This document shows positions 24,582-34,827 of a stretch of DNA of 45,310 nucleotides, piece after piece; the first letter of the stretch is position 1; each line of letters opens with the position of its first letter. The notes beneath the pieces were generated by a model. The model was not told where the DNA came from, made no database searches, and saw nothing but the letters and a program-made list of their open reading frames with translations. The DNA lies in the NCBI GenBank assembly GCA_018657475.1, contig JABHXC010000028.1, positions 1 through 45,310 of the forward strand, given 5' to 3'. A program made the translations under genes and the position numbers. The stretch is from Candidatus Woesearchaeota archaeon. Its GTDB lineage: Archaea > Nanobdellota > Nanobdellia > Woesearchaeales > GW2011-AR9.

Positions 24582-24836
24582 TTATTCAGGTTTACAACCT
24601 TTTGCTTTTTCAGCAGCTTTTGCAATCCAAATAGTTGCGATTACCGCAAGAATTGTTACAACTATTGCATACGCCCATGGCCCACCAGCAGATAGTGCAC
24701 ATAATGCTCCTGCATCTTCTGTGCCACAAGGACCAGCAAATAATGCTTTAATTGCATCATTCCATGCTAATGCGGCAATTAAACCAAAAGCGGCAGTTGT
24801 TAATGCTGCAAATTTTTCTACAACGTCTTTTCTCAT
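24582..24836 (-). CDS. Small membrane protein (DUF5654-like)
   Basis: TAAFGLIAALAWNDAIK motif; two TM. Confidence 0.8.
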   Translation of the reverse strand: MRKDVVEKFAALTTAAFGLIAALAWNDAIKALFAGPCGTEDAGALCALSAGGPWAYAIVVTILAVIATIWIAKAAEKAKGCKPE

Positions 24837-24933
24837 TTTTATTCCCCCTATTATAAGTTATATTAATCTTCCATTTTTAAACTTTTTTGCATAAAAAGAA
24901 ACACATAAATAGCTAAAAACAATTACTTAGACA

Positions 24934-25593
24934 ATGAGCTCAAAAGAAACACTGATTAATCAGTGGAGAGCACACAACGTTGATTCAGATATTCTTGAAG
25001 CTTTTCTAACAGTTCCGAGAGAACATTTTGTTATAGACAGTGAAATGAAACAGTATGCATATGATGATAATCCACTTCCAACATTAAGAAAACAGTCATT
25101 ATCACAACCTACTACAGTGATCATGATGTTACAAGCATTGCAAGTAAAACAAGGACACAGAGTTTTTGAAGTTGGTTCTGGTGCAGGGTATAATGCAACT
25201 CTTCTAGCAGAACTTGTGGGAAAAGATGGTTATGTAGTCACAACCGAAGTTATTCCTGAACTAGTTGCCGTTTCAAGAAGAAAAATGGAGGAATTAGACT
25301 ATTCAAATTTTACAGTTTTTGAAACTGACGGGAGTGAAGGTTATTTGCAACAAGCACCATATGATAGAATTATTATTACTGCAGCATGTCCAAGTTTCCC
25401 ACAACCATTAATTGATCAATTAAAAGATGAAGGAATAATTCTTGCCCCAATAGGAGATCCAGAAAAACAGCAATTAGTAAAAGGAACAAAGAAAAATGGA
25501 AAACTTTCCCTAGAATTCTTAGGTCCATTCTGTTTTGTACCCATGATTGGCAAATTAGGGTTTAAAGAAATAGAACTACCCAACAAAAGATAG
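24934..25593 (+). CDS. pcm: Protein-L-isoaspartate O-methyltransferase
   Basis: VPREHF, QSLSQP, EVGSGAGY, APYDRIIITAA, FVPM. Confidence 0.92.
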   Translation: MSSKETLINQWRAHNVDSDILEAFLTVPREHFVIDSEMKQYAYDDNPLPTLRKQSLSQPTTVIMMLQALQVKQGHRVFEVGSGAGYNATLLAELVGKDGYVVTTEVIPELVAVSRRKMEELDYSNFTVFETDGSEGYLQQAPYDRIIITAACPSFPQPLIDQLKDEGIILAPIGDPEKQQLVKGTKKNGKLSLEFLGPFCFVPMIGKLGFKEIELPNKR

Positions 25594-26259
25594 TTATTTT
25601 CTCAAAGTAAAAATTAAATCTTCATCACTAACTTTGTTAAAAAGCATGTTATCATACTCATAAACTGTTCCTTGATTTTCTACTCTTAGAGGAATTCCAT
25701 AATAAGTGTCAATCCAATAGAAATCTTCACCATTGACTAATACTTTCCAAACTTTTCTATTCTGTAGATTTTCTTCAACAATCTTCTCAGCTTCAGTTAT
25801 TTGACTCAACCAATCAAATGGAGTTTGTTGGTAATAATCAGTAAAATCAACAGGACCCATTTCTCCCGTTGTGATACAATATTTTTCACTTGCACAATAA
25901 CCAGTTCCTTTTCCACTTGGAATATCAAAAATTACGGTATCAAGTTCCATAGTGTTTAGAATATCACTTCCTGGTGGAATTTCTAATTTCATAGTGTTGC
26001 CTTTTAATGCGGTGTGATAAATTTCTGCTTTTATTCTTAAGAGATCTTCCTGATAATCATAGATTAAACTCTTAACATTGTTCTTTTTGTCTAAAACGTC
26101 TTGAATTTCATCTGGAATTCTAGAAACAATTACTTTTACTGGTTTAGGAGTTTCTTTAACTACCTCTGGTTCTATTACTTCTTGTTCTTGAACAATCTCT
26201 ACCTGAGTACAACCCACCAATAAAACGAGCAAACCAAGTAGTAAGAATAACTTTTTCAT
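25594..26259 (-). CDS. Putative lipoprotein (possibly LolA-like fold)
   Basis: MKKLFLL...LVGC lipobox; WIDTYYGIPLRVE. Confidence 0.68.
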   Translation of the reverse strand: MKKLFLLLGLLVLLVGCTQVEIVQEQEVIEPEVVKETPKPVKVIVSRIPDEIQDVLDKKNNVKSLIYDYQEDLLRIKAEIYHTALKGNTMKLEIPPGSDILNTMELDTVIFDIPSGKGTGYCASEKYCITTGEMGPVDFTDYYQQTPFDWLSQITEAEKIVEENLQNRKVWKVLVNGEDFYWIDTYYGIPLRVENQGTVYEYDNMLFNKVSDEDLIFTLRK

Positions 26260-26288
26260 ACTAGTAAGAAACCTTGAAACTTTAAAAA

Positions 26289-26849
26289 TCATTCTGTTGT
26301 TATAAACAATTGTTGTAATGTTCTAAACGAAAATAATTCTAAAGGTACAACTCTAAAATATTCTTGATTCATTTTACTGTATAATTTTCTGGATTTTTCT
26401 AACTCTGAAAGCAATGTTGATTTGTTTATTGCACCATAAAATTTTACACATCCGTTACTGTTATGGCAAACAACAATAAAGTCGGCAATTTTGTGTTGTT
26501 CAGTTCTAAAACGATCATCAGGGTAAGCTACTGATTTATATTTGTTTAATGAATCTGGTGCAACAGAACGAAGACCAATACTTACTTCTTTCTCACCTTG
26601 TTTTATCACAAAATCTTCCCCTGCACCTGCTGCATCGCCAAAATATAAACCCCTGTTTCTTAATGTGATTTTCTTTTGCATTAATAGTTGTTTAAACGCC
26701 TCTTCAGTGATCCAACAATGAACAAAATTTTGTATTTTAACTTCTTTATTTCTTCCTAACCATTTTTCATTTTCTATCTTTTGCCTAGCTTGTTCTGTAA
26801 AGAAATCTATTGTTGTTTTAGATACTGTGTGTTCCAAATAATTATTCAT
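26289..26849 (-). CDS. Hypothetical protein, putative restriction endonuclease
   Basis: ATGA-coupled to the methyltransferase; E...D...GLR pattern resembles a divergent PD-(D/E)xK core. Confidence 0.5.
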   Translation of the reverse strand: MNNYLEHTVSKTTIDFFTEQARQKIENEKWLGRNKEVKIQNFVHCWITEEAFKQLLMQKKITLRNRGLYFGDAAGAGEDFVIKQGEKEVSIGLRSVAPDSLNKYKSVAYPDDRFRTEQHKIADFIVVCHNSNGCVKFYGAINKSTLLSELEKSRKLYSKMNQEYFRVVPLELFSFRTLQQLFITTE

Positions 26850-27622
26850 TTTTCTTCGATTTTTTTAAAGATTAAACAGTAATGATGGTGAACATTAGGT
26901 ACAAAACTGTAACGATAGCCGTAAGGGTATAAAGTCTTATTATCTTGACACCAAATACGTTCTCCACGAAACTGAAAATTTTGACTAACTAATTTTGCTA
27001 CGTCCCAAGCTAAAGGAATGTAGGTTCCTTTCTGCATATAATTTTGAAGAATTATTACCACATGACCATTTAATTTTACTTTAGGTTTAAGTTGAATAAA
27101 TAATTGATTGAGTTTTTCCACAAATTCATCGTGAGTTTCCACATTACCTAAATCGGCCTCATCATCACTATATTGTGTGTCTAATCCTTTATCAGAACGT
27201 TTTTTGGCAGCCAGGCTTTTCTTTTGTAACATTGCACCATATGGTGGGGAAGTAATAACAAGATCAATCTCTGGCAAATTGTGATTGTCAAAAGCATTGC
27301 CGATAATTATATGTTGTGTTTTATCAACTCTTTGTTTTGCAATTTCCGCATATCTCTTCTGTAATTCTATTCCAATACCTTTTCTTCCTGTTTGTTGTGC
27401 AGCAACCAAAGTACTTCCAGTTCCTAAAAATGGATCAAAAACAACTTGACCAGGTTTTGTAAAAAATTCAATGAATTCTTTGATTAGATTTTCTGGATAT
27501 TTAGCAGGATGTAACTGTTCTACTTTCTTCCTAGGAGGAGGATTATGAACAAACCAAGTTTTAGTGAATTTTAACCATTGTTTAGCACTTAGTTCATTCA
27601 AACGATTTTTAGGATCAAACAT
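26846..27622 (-). CDS. DNA amino-methyltransferase (SPPY, probably N4-cytosine)
   Basis: HPAKYP, DPFLGTGST (motif I), TSPPY (motif IV). Confidence 0.88.
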   Translation of the reverse strand: MFDPKNRLNELSAKQWLKFTKTWFVHNPPPRKKVEQLHPAKYPENLIKEFIEFFTKPGQVVFDPFLGTGSTLVAAQQTGRKGIGIELQKRYAEIAKQRVDKTQHIIIGNAFDNHNLPEIDLVITSPPYGAMLQKKSLAAKKRSDKGLDTQYSDDEADLGNVETHDEFVEKLNQLFIQLKPKVKLNGHVVIILQNYMQKGTYIPLAWDVAKLVSQNFQFRGERIWCQDNKTLYPYGYRYSFVPNVHHHYCLIFKKIEEK

Positions 27623-27663
27623 AATGGACTAAGAGAAAGAGTGTATATAAAGATTTAGAATGT

Positions 27664-27690
27664 AAGAAAGAAAAAAAATAAGAAAAAAAG
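27664..27690 (-). terminator. U-rich archaeal-type terminator
   Basis: Long T tracts on the minus strand right after the 27695 stop. Confidence 0.45.
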
Positions 27691-27694
27691 CGAC

Positions 27695-28183
27695 TTATCG
27701 TCGTCTTTTCGTTGTTTTACGTTTAGCAGGAGCTTTACGCTTTGCAGCTTTTTTCTTAGCTGGTTTACGTTTAGCAGGAGCTTTACGCTTTGCAGCTTTT
27801 TTCTTAGCTGGTTTACGTTTAGCAGGTGCTTTACGCTTTGCAGCTTTTTTCTTAGCTGGTTTACGTTTAGCAGATGCTTTACGCTTTGCAGCTTTTTTCT
27901 TAGCTGGTTTACGTTTAGCAACTTTTTTCTTAGTAGCTTTTTTCTTACTACGTTTTCTTCCTCGTGCCATTTTAGCTCGAGCAACGTTTCCTTGCTTGTC
28001 GATGAAGTATAAGTAACCAGACTCTTTCTTCACGCCAGCTTTTGCTACCACCTGTGTTTTCTTACGGCCTTTTCTTTGACCAGCTCTACTCATTGGAGCT
28101 CGTGCTACATTCCCATTTTTATCAACGAAATATAAGTAGCCTGACTCTTTTTTTACTTTAGTTTTTGAAACAACTTGTGCCAT
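27695..28183 (-). CDS. Basic histone H1-like protein: duplicated KESGYLYF domain plus PAKK repeats
   Basis: KKESGYLYF(V/I)DKxGNVARA occurs twice; K/A/R/P tail; strong GAGGAGGT RBS. Confidence 0.85.
   Translation of the reverse strand: MAQVVSKTKVKKESGYLYFVDKNGNVARAPMSRAGQRKGRKKTQVVAKAGVKKESGYLYFIDKQGNVARAKMARGRKRSKKKATKKKVAKRKPAKKKAAKRKASAKRKPAKKKAAKRKAPAKRKPAKKKAAKRKAPAKRKPAKKKAAKRKAPAKRKTTKRRR
27716..27920. repeat. 48-bp coding tandem repeat, ~4.3 copies
   Basis: Unit tttacgtttagcaggagctttacgctttgcagcttttttcttagctgg encodes AKRKPAKKKAAKRKAP. Confidence 0.93.
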
Positions 28184-28305
28184 TGTATCTACCTCCTCTT
28201 TTACGAGTTACTATCGTGCTACAAGAGAAACAATTTGAGTATTTAAAGCTTTCTTTTTATCGACGGGCAGCAACGCTTTTATAGTTGTAGAAAGTTCTTT
28301 GCAAA

Positions 28306-28851
28306 ATGGAACAATATATTCACCGCTGGACAAAACTAGTTCAAAAATTAAGAACAAAGTACCTTAACCCAGTAGGAAAAATATGCGTGAAAATAGGTTT
28401 AAGTGCTAATTTTATGACTGCAATTTCATTATTTTTTGGGGTCGTAGCGGTTTATTATCTATTTAGTGATCATAGAATGTTTTTAATTTTAGGATTACTG
28501 CATTTAATTGCAGATGGATTAGATGGAGTGATAGCCAGAGTAAGTAAAGAAACAATATTTGGAAAATACTTTGATTATTTTACTGACAGACTGATCATGG
28601 TTTTAATATTGTTAAAAGTTGGAATTGTTTTAGGGGAGTTATATGCATTTGTTGCTTTAAGTGTGGCTGTACTTGCACAGATAGTACATATATGGAGCAA
28701 AATGCAATCTCCAATATTATTTACAAGAACTTGGTTATTATTCTTTATGGCAGTACAATTGCCTATTGTTGGTTACTTAGTTACAGGAGTAGTTGCAGTT
28801 TATGTATTAGCTAGACAATTACAATGGTTTGTTGAAAAGCATAAAGTTTAA
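28306..28851 (+). CDS. CDP-alcohol phosphatidyltransferase
   Basis: DGLDGVIAR...GKYFDYFTD signature. Confidence 0.92.
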   Translation: MEQYIHRWTKLVQKLRTKYLNPVGKICVKIGLSANFMTAISLFFGVVAVYYLFSDHRMFLILGLLHLIADGLDGVIARVSKETIFGKYFDYFTDRLIMVLILLKVGIVLGELYAFVALSVAVLAQIVHIWSKMQSPILFTRTWLLFFMAVQLPIVGYLVTGVVAVYVLARQLQWFVEKHKV

Positions 28852-28852
28852 T

Positions 28853-29371
28853 TCACCATTTAACTTTTCTTATTCTTAAATAATAAGCAATTCTATTAAC
28901 GACAATGTGAAGAACTGGACTGAAAACTATAATTGTAAGGATTATCTCTGCAGGAGGGATATAAATGAAAAACATAAACAATAATCCACCAAAAACAAAA
29001 TCTAATTGGTCCCAAGGAAACCATCTTTTGCCTGGAGCGATACCTGCTTTTCTTTTCAACCAACTTTCAATTAAGTCTCCAAGAATTGCTCCAAAACCCA
29101 AAAGAGCTCCGAAACCAACAGAGAAGTCAAGATAATCAATAACTGCCCATTGCGTAAAGCCATTATTGTAAGCTAATTTCTGAAATGAAAAAATAATTAT
29201 TCCAAAAAGTACAGCAACAACTAAGCCTCGCCATGTTTTATTCTTACCAAACCAGCGTTCATGAATTGGTTTGTTTAAGAAGGGTAACCATTTAAACAAT
29301 ACTGGTGCCATATTAGCGAAATAGACTGGTAAGAAAAGATAGAGTGCTTTTATTATTACTATGCCAACCAT
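28853..29371 (-). CDS. carS: CDP-archaeol synthase
   Basis: PVYFANMAP, GKNKTWRG, GDLIESWLKR, PG...WDQLDF. Confidence 0.9.
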   Translation of the reverse strand: MVGIVIIKALYLFLPVYFANMAPVLFKWLPFLNKPIHERWFGKNKTWRGLVVAVLFGIIIFSFQKLAYNNGFTQWAVIDYLDFSVGFGALLGFGAILGDLIESWLKRKAGIAPGKRWFPWDQLDFVFGGLLFMFFIYIPPAEIILTIIVFSPVLHIVVNRIAYYLRIRKVKW

Positions 29372-29415
29372 GTTTGGAGTTAAATGTTATATGATTTTAA
29401 AAGTTCCGTTTAAAT

Positions 29416-29886
29416 CTAATCTTTACTGTAAATTACCAGGTGTTCATGAGTCGTAGTTGGAGTCATAGGAATTCCTGCTAATTCGCCTAATTTTTGAATT
29501 TTAGGATCCGCCATATTTGATTTCCTAATAAAAAATACCTCAATATCGTACTTGTCCTCAACAAAATTCTTATTTCTATAAGCTAAATTTAGCTTAGCAT
29601 CCGGAAAAGGTTTACCTGCAGGTTCTTTATCAAGCCATTTAGGAATTTTATAATCTTCTTCAACAAAAACTATAAAATCAAAATCAGAGAATAAACTACC
29701 CCTAAACCCAGGAGGAGCATACTTACCAAAATTATTTTTTACTGATGAACCTATTAAAATGATCTTAATTATCTTTTTATTTGGTAAAAGGTTAGATTTA
29801 ATTTTATTAATTGCTATACTCCGAAGAACTAAAATTTTTTCTTTAGGAAATATTTCTTTATGAGGCCTATCAAAATATTTTTTCAT
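29416..29886 (-). CDS. Pol-beta-type nucleotidyltransferase domain protein
   Basis: LIGSS...SDFDFIV motif. Confidence 0.72.
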   Translation of the reverse strand: MKKYFDRPHKEIFPKEKILVLRSIAINKIKSNLLPNKKIIKIILIGSSVKNNFGKYAPPGFRGSLFSDFDFIVFVEEDYKIPKWLDKEPAGKPFPDAKLNLAYRNKNFVEDKYDIEVFFIRKSNMADPKIQKLGELAGIPMTPTTTHEHLVIYSKD

Positions 29887-30026
29887 ATGATCTTCTAATT
29901 AACGAACTTTATTAAAATATCTTATGATTCCGCTTACAACTTCCTATCAATGAGAAAGATGAGTTGTAACATCACTCATCAAGACCATAAATATATTTAA
30001 ACGAAAAACAATTTTGTCTTGCAAAA

Positions 30027-30073
30027 ACACCATATGTGCACTTACTTTTTTTAACACACACCACATATAGTGT
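30027..30073 (+). promoter_or_regulatory. Tandem NrdR boxes
   Basis: acaccacatatagtgt (30058-30073) fits the consensus acaCwAtATaTwGtgt; a weaker box acaccatatgtgcact starts 31 bp upstream (30027); TATA-like tatttaaa at 29994-30001. Confidence 0.8.
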
Positions 30074-30106
30074 TTTGTCACTTACTAAGAAAAACAGAGG
30101 AAGAAG

Positions 30107-30538
30107 ATGGATTGCCCTTATTGTGCACACAATGATACAAAAGTATTAGAGTCCCGTTTAGTTTCTGAAGGGGTTAGAAGAAGACGTTCTTGTGGAAAAT
30201 GTGAAAATAGATTCACAACATATGAAAAAGCGTTCTTCAACCTCACAGTGTTAAAAAAAGATGGTAGAATGCAACCTTTTGACACTAAAAAGATTTCTGA
30301 AAGTTTGCAACGTTCATGTATCAAAGTTGATGACACAAAGTTAATTGAAATAACAAACTTGATTGAAAGAAAATTATTAGCAAAAAAAATTAACCCAATT
30401 AAGACTAAAGAAATTGGAAAAGTAGTTTTAAGAGAATTGAAAAAAATTGATAAGATGGCTTATTTACGTTTTGCATCTATTCATAAGTCAATTGAAGATC
30501 CTAAGCTCCTGGAAAAAGAGCTACAGACTATTACATAA
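30107..30538 (+). CDS. nrdR: Transcriptional repressor NrdR
   Basis: [22 protein letters not shown]-cone, AYLRFAS. Confidence 0.95.
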   Translation: MDCPYCAHNDTKVLESRLVSEGVRRRRSCGKCENRFTTYEKAFFNLTVLKKDGRMQPFDTKKISESLQRSCIKVDDTKLIEITNLIERKLLAKKINPIKTKEIGKVVLRELKKIDKMAYLRFASIHKSIEDPKLLEKELQTIT

Positions 30539-30552
30539 GAGGTGGAGAGTAT

Positions 30553-33500
30553 ATGGAACAAGAAAGTATTACACAAAGCAAAGGATTGAAGATCCCAAGG
30601 TATTTTACTACAGAAGGTGTTGACCCATTCAGTATGTTTACATATGAAAAAAGAAATTCTACAATTAAAAATCCTGATGGATCATTAGTATTTCATATGA
30701 ATGATGTTGAAGTGCCAAACTTTTGGACACAAGTAGCAACAGACGTTCTTGCACAGAAATATTTTAGAAAAGCAGGAGTACCATTAAAAGATAAAAGTGG
30801 TGATTTACTTCTTGATGAAAGTGGAAAAATTATTACAGGCAGTGAAACAAGTATTAAACAGGTTGCACATAGAATTGCAGGTTGTTGGCGTCACTGGGGA
30901 GAAAAATTTAATTATTTTTCCTCATTACAAGATTCACAATCATTCTATGAAGAAATGGTTTTTATGATCATTAATCAGTCTGCTGCCCCAAATAGTCCAC
31001 AATGGTTTACTACCGGATTAAATTGGGCATATGGATTAACAGGGCCAGCACAAGGGCACAGTTATATTGATCCAGTAACAGAAAAATTAGAGTTTTCAAA
31101 AGATACTTATTCTAGATCGCAACCTCACGCATGTGCAGAGTACCATACACAACTTTATACAGAAAAAGGAACTAGGTTTATTGGCGAGATTGTTGATAAA
31201 GATTTAACAGGTTTAAAAGTTTTTGATGGGGAAAAATTTGTAAAGATTCTCGCTACTAAAGACAATGGTGAAAAAGAAGTTTTTAGAATAACATTAAAAA
31301 ATGGGAATTATGTTGATCTTACTGAAGATCATCTTGTTTTATCTTCTGATAAATGGAAAGGAAAATATGATTGGAATGAAGTAAAAAGTTTGAATCTAGG
31401 CAACAGACTTCAACAACCACTTGTTCTTGACGTTAAAGAGAAAAATGTATTCAGTAAAGATTTAGCAGAAGCAAGACTAGCTGGCTGGACAATCGGAGAT
31501 GGATCCATTGGTATTTATCAAAATGTTATGCGCATGGAGATAATAACAGTAAATGATTCTGAGCATAATGCTGTATTAAGAGATCTTGAAGAAGTTTTTG
31601 GTGAAGAGTTATCATATTGGGTAACTAGTTTTGCAACTAAAGGGAAACATTTAGATGGAAAACGTATTCATCTTTCTGGAAAGAAGATTCATTCTTTTGT
31701 GGAAAAATATGAATTATTAGAAATGAGAAGTAGGACTGCCAGAGTACCTAAAAAGATAATTTATGGAAGTGCACAAGAAAAAAGAGAATTTATCAAAGCA
31801 TTATTTCAAGCAGACGGCTGTGTAAGAATTCGTGTTGATCAGAATAGAAATTCTGGTGATATTTGTTTAACAACTTGTTCAAAAGAGTTATCATTTGGTG
31901 TTCTTCAACTATTAAATTCCATTGGAATTTACGCAAGAATTTCTTGGAACAAAGATTCTAGAGAAAATAGAGCAGGAACACATCAAGTAACTATTGCTTA
32001 TGGAAGTGCACGAAATCAATATCAACAACAAATAGGATTCATCAGCCAAGAAAAGAAAGATAAATTAGTTATTTTGAATAAACTGGTTCAGCGTTCAAAA
32101 TCTGTGGCAATGATTAGGGAAGAAACAATTACTTCCATAGAGAAAATTGGGATTAAAAAAGTTTACGATATCCAGACTGAAAGTGGAAAATTTTTGGGAA
32201 ATGGTGTTGTTGTCCACAACTGTTTTATTCAACAAGTTGATGATGATCTTGTTCGTCCAGGAGGAATCTTTAGTTTATTAACTAGGGAAGCGAGAGTTTT
32301 CAAATATGGATCTGGAACAGGAAGTAACTTCTCAAACTTAAGAGGTAAAGGAGAAATTCTTTCTGGTGGTGGAACTAGTTCAGGATTGATGAGTTTCTTA
32401 AAAATATTTGATGTTGCAGCAGGTAGCATTAAATCAGGAGGAACAACAAGAAGAGCTGCAAAAATGGTAAGTCTTGACATGGACCATCCTGAAATTGAAG
32501 ATTTTATCTGGTGGAAAGTTAGAGAAGAAGAAAAAGTTGCATCTTTAGTAGCAGGTAGTAAGACATTAAAACAAAGGTTAAGTGCATTGATAAACTCTGC
32601 TAAAAATAAAGAAACACCATTAGAAGATAATTCTGTGAAAGAAGCAATCCAATTAGCTGCAAAAGATAATATTCCAGTTAGTTATTTAGTTAGGGCGTTA
32701 CACTTAGCAAAACAAGGATATGATTTACCGCTACAAGAGTTTGATACACATTACGAATCTGAAGCTTACTTAACAGTTTCTGGCCAGAACAGTAATAATT
32801 CTATCAGAATTCCTAACAAATTTTTTACTGCATTAAAAGAAGGTAAAGAATGGGAGCTAAAAGGTAGAACTCACGGTGATGTGATGAAAACTTTACCTGC
32901 AGCAAAATTATGGGATGATGTTGGTTATTGTGCATGGGCTTCTGCAGATCCAGGAGTTCAGTTTGATTCCACAATTAACGAATGGCATACTTGTTCTGCT
33001 GATGGTAGAATTAATGGAAGTAACCCTTGCAGTGAATACATGTTTTTAGATGATACTGCTTGTAATTTAGCATCCATGAATTTAGTGAAATTGTATGATG
33101 AAGATAAAGGATTTGACATTCAAGGTTATCGTCACACAATTAGACTATGGACAATTGCATTAGAAATTTCTGTTTTAATGGCACATTTCCCTTCAGAACC
33201 TATCGCAGCAAGAAGTTATGAATACAGAACTTTAGGGTTAGGTTTTGCTAACTTAGGAACTTTGTTAATGTTACAAGGAATCCCCTATGATAGTGAAGAC
33301 GGAAGATCAATCGCTGGAGCCATTTCAGCAATAATGACCGGAGATTCTTACACAACTTCTGCAGAGATGGCAAGCGTGTTAGGAACATTCAAACATTATG
33401 AACGTAACAAAGAATCAATGTTAAAAATTATGCGAAATCATCGAAGAGCAGCGCATAATGATGCCACATACGAAGATCTTACTGTTGAACCAATGAGCCT

Positions 33501-34827
33501 TAACCAAAAATCTTGTCCTGCAGATTTTTTAGCTGCCGCAAAGAACTCTTGGGATAATGCTGTTAGTGAAGGAGAAAAGCATGGTTACAGAAATGCACAA
33601 ACTACTGTTATTGCACCAACAGGAACAATAGGTTTAGTTATGGATTGTGATACAACAGGAGTTGAACCAGATTATGCATTAGTTAAATTCAAAAAATTAG
33701 CTGGAGGAGGATTTTTCAAAATAGTTAATCAGTCTGTCCCAAAAGCATTAAAGAAACTGAATTATCAACATAACCAAATTGATGAGATTCTTGCTTACTG
33801 TTTAGGTAAAGGTACTTTTTCTGGAAGTCCAGCAATTAATAAAGAAACTTTAGCTGCTAAAGGTTTAACAGAAGAACAAATTTCTACAGTTGAAAAAGAT
33901 TTGGGAAGTTCTATGGACATCAAGTACATGTTTAATCAATGGACATTAGGAGAAGAATTTTACAATAAATTAACACAAAACGGGGCTACAGATGTGTTAT
34001 CTGCATTAGGTTTTACTGTTGCAGAAATTGATGAAGCAAATGGATACATTTGTGGAACAATGACGCTTGAAGGGGCACCACACTTACTGAAAGAACATTA
34101 CCCAATATTTGATTGTGCAAATAAATGTGGTAAAATTGGAAAAAGGTACATTCATCCTTATGGGCACATTAAAATGATGGCTGCAACCCAGCCATTTATC
34201 TCTGGAGCGATTAGTAAAACAATTAACATGCCACAAGACTGGACAGTTGAACAAATTAAGCAGGCATATTATGACGCCTGGGCAATGATGGTTAAAGCTG
34301 TTGCTTTGTACAGAGATGGTTGCAAATTAAGTCAACCATTAAACACAACATTAGATGGAGATCCTTTGTTAAAACAGGTTTTGTCTGAAAGAATAGTTAC
34401 AGCTACTGCTTCTAACACAATGGTACATAAAATGAAAGTAGGAAATAAAGAGTTACGAATCACAGGTAAGCAAGAAGGAGTAATGTTAACAAATGTTGCT
34501 GTAACATTACAAGGGTTATCACCTGCTCAAGAAGCAATGATGCAAGCGTTAGTTAACTCAGTTAATTTAAGTTTACAACAAGGTGTTAACCCTGGTTTAA
34601 TTGCTTCTTCATTGAACATGGGAGGACACCCCGTTATAAGTGGACTTCAATCATTCTTAGAAGAGTTTGGAGATGTTAAAGAAAGTTTATCAATGGAAAC
34701 TTCAAAGATATCTTTATCTGGACAAGGGGAGAAGCAAACTTGTAATGCTTGCGGTGCAGCACAATTAAGACAAAACGGAACTTGCATGTTATGCGAGGTG
34801 TGTGGAGAAACAACAGGGTGTAGTTAA
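30553..34827 (+). CDS. nrdJ: Class II (B12-dependent) ribonucleotide reductase, intein-containing, with a C-terminal Zn ribbon
   Basis: PNSPQWF, QPHA|[40 protein letters not shown], terminal CNAC...[11 protein letters not shown]. Confidence 0.95.
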   Translation: MEQESITQSKGLKIPRYFTTEGVDPFSMFTYEKRNSTIKNPDGSLVFHMNDVEVPNFWTQVATDVLAQKYFRKAGVPLKDKSGDLLLDESGKIITGSETSIKQVAHRIAGCWRHWGEKFNYFSSLQDSQSFYEEMVFMIINQSAAPNSPQWFTTGLNWAYGLTGPAQGHSYIDPVTEKLEFSKDTYSRSQPHACAEYHTQLYTEKGTRFIGEIVDKDLTGLKVFDGEKFVKILATKDNGEKEVFRITLKNGNYVDLTEDHLVLSSDKWKGKYDWNEVKSLNLGNRLQQPLVLDVKEKNVFSKDLAEARLAGWTIGDGSIGIYQNVMRMEIITVNDSEHNAVLRDLEEVFGEELSYWVTSFATKGKHLDGKRIHLSGKKIHSFVEKYELLEMRSRTARVPKKIIYGSAQEKREFIKALFQADGCVRIRVDQNRNSGDICLTTCSKELSFGVLQLLNSIGIYARISWNKDSRENRAGTHQVTIAYGSARNQYQQQIGFISQEKKDKLVILNKLVQRSKSVAMIREETITSIEKIGIKKVYDIQTESGKFLGNGVVVHNCFIQQVDDDLVRPGGIFSLLTREARVFKYGSGTGSNFSNLRGKGEILSGGGTSSGLMSFLKIFDVAAGSIKSGGTTRRAAKMVSLDMDHPEIEDFIWWKVREEEKVASLVAGSKTLKQRLSALINSAKNKETPLEDNSVKEAIQLAAKDNIPVSYLVRALHLAKQGYDLPLQEFDTHYESEAYLTVSGQNSNNSIRIPNKFFTALKEGKEWELKGRTHGDVMKTLPAAKLWDDVGYCAWASADPGVQFDSTINEWHTCSADGRINGSNPCSEYMFLDDTACNLASMNLVKLYDEDKGFDIQGYRHTIRLWTIALEISVLMAHFPSEPIAARSYEYRTLGLGFANLGTLLMLQGIPYDSEDGRSIAGAISAIMTGDSYTTSAEMASVLGTFKHYERNKESMLKIMRNHRRAAHNDATYEDLTVEPMSLNQKSCPADFLAAAKNSWDNAVSEGEKHGYRNAQTTVIAPTGTIGLVMDCDTTGVEPDYALVKFKKLAGGGFFKIVNQSVPKALKKLNYQHNQIDEILAYCLGKGTFSGSPAINKETLAAKGLTEEQISTVEKDLGSSMDIKYMFNQWTLGEEFYNKLTQNGATDVLSALGFTVAEIDEANGYICGTMTLEGAPHLLKEHYPIFDCANKCGKIGKRYIHPYGHIKMMAATQPFISGAISKTINMPQDWTVEQIKQAYYDAWAMMVKAVALYRDGCKLSQPLNTTLDGDPLLKQVLSERIVTATASNTMVHKMKVGNKELRITGKQEGVMLTNVAVTLQGLSPAQEAMMQALVNSVNLSLQQGVNPGLIASSLNMGGHPVISGLQSFLEEFGDVKESLSMETSKISLSGQGEKQTCNACGAAQLRQNGTCMLCEVCGETTGCS
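31132..32220 (+). mobile_element. Intein with LAGLIDADG homing endonuclease (363 aa)
   Basis: Starts with C (CAEYHT); block B TEDH; LAGWTIGDG and [10 protein letters not shown]; block F VYDIQT; ends VVHN followed by Cys. Confidence 0.95.

Noticed and set aside
27655-27984. CRISPR array, or the alternative 109-aa ORF, at the 48-bp repeat
   Set aside because: The repeats are contiguous without spacers and in frame with the H1-like gene; the other ORF is an alternative-frame artefact
29934-29980. Hairpin gatgagt...actcatc upstream of the B12-dependent operon as a cobalamin riboswitch
   Set aside because: Too short, no B12-box recognised, and it lies upstream of the presumed TATA box
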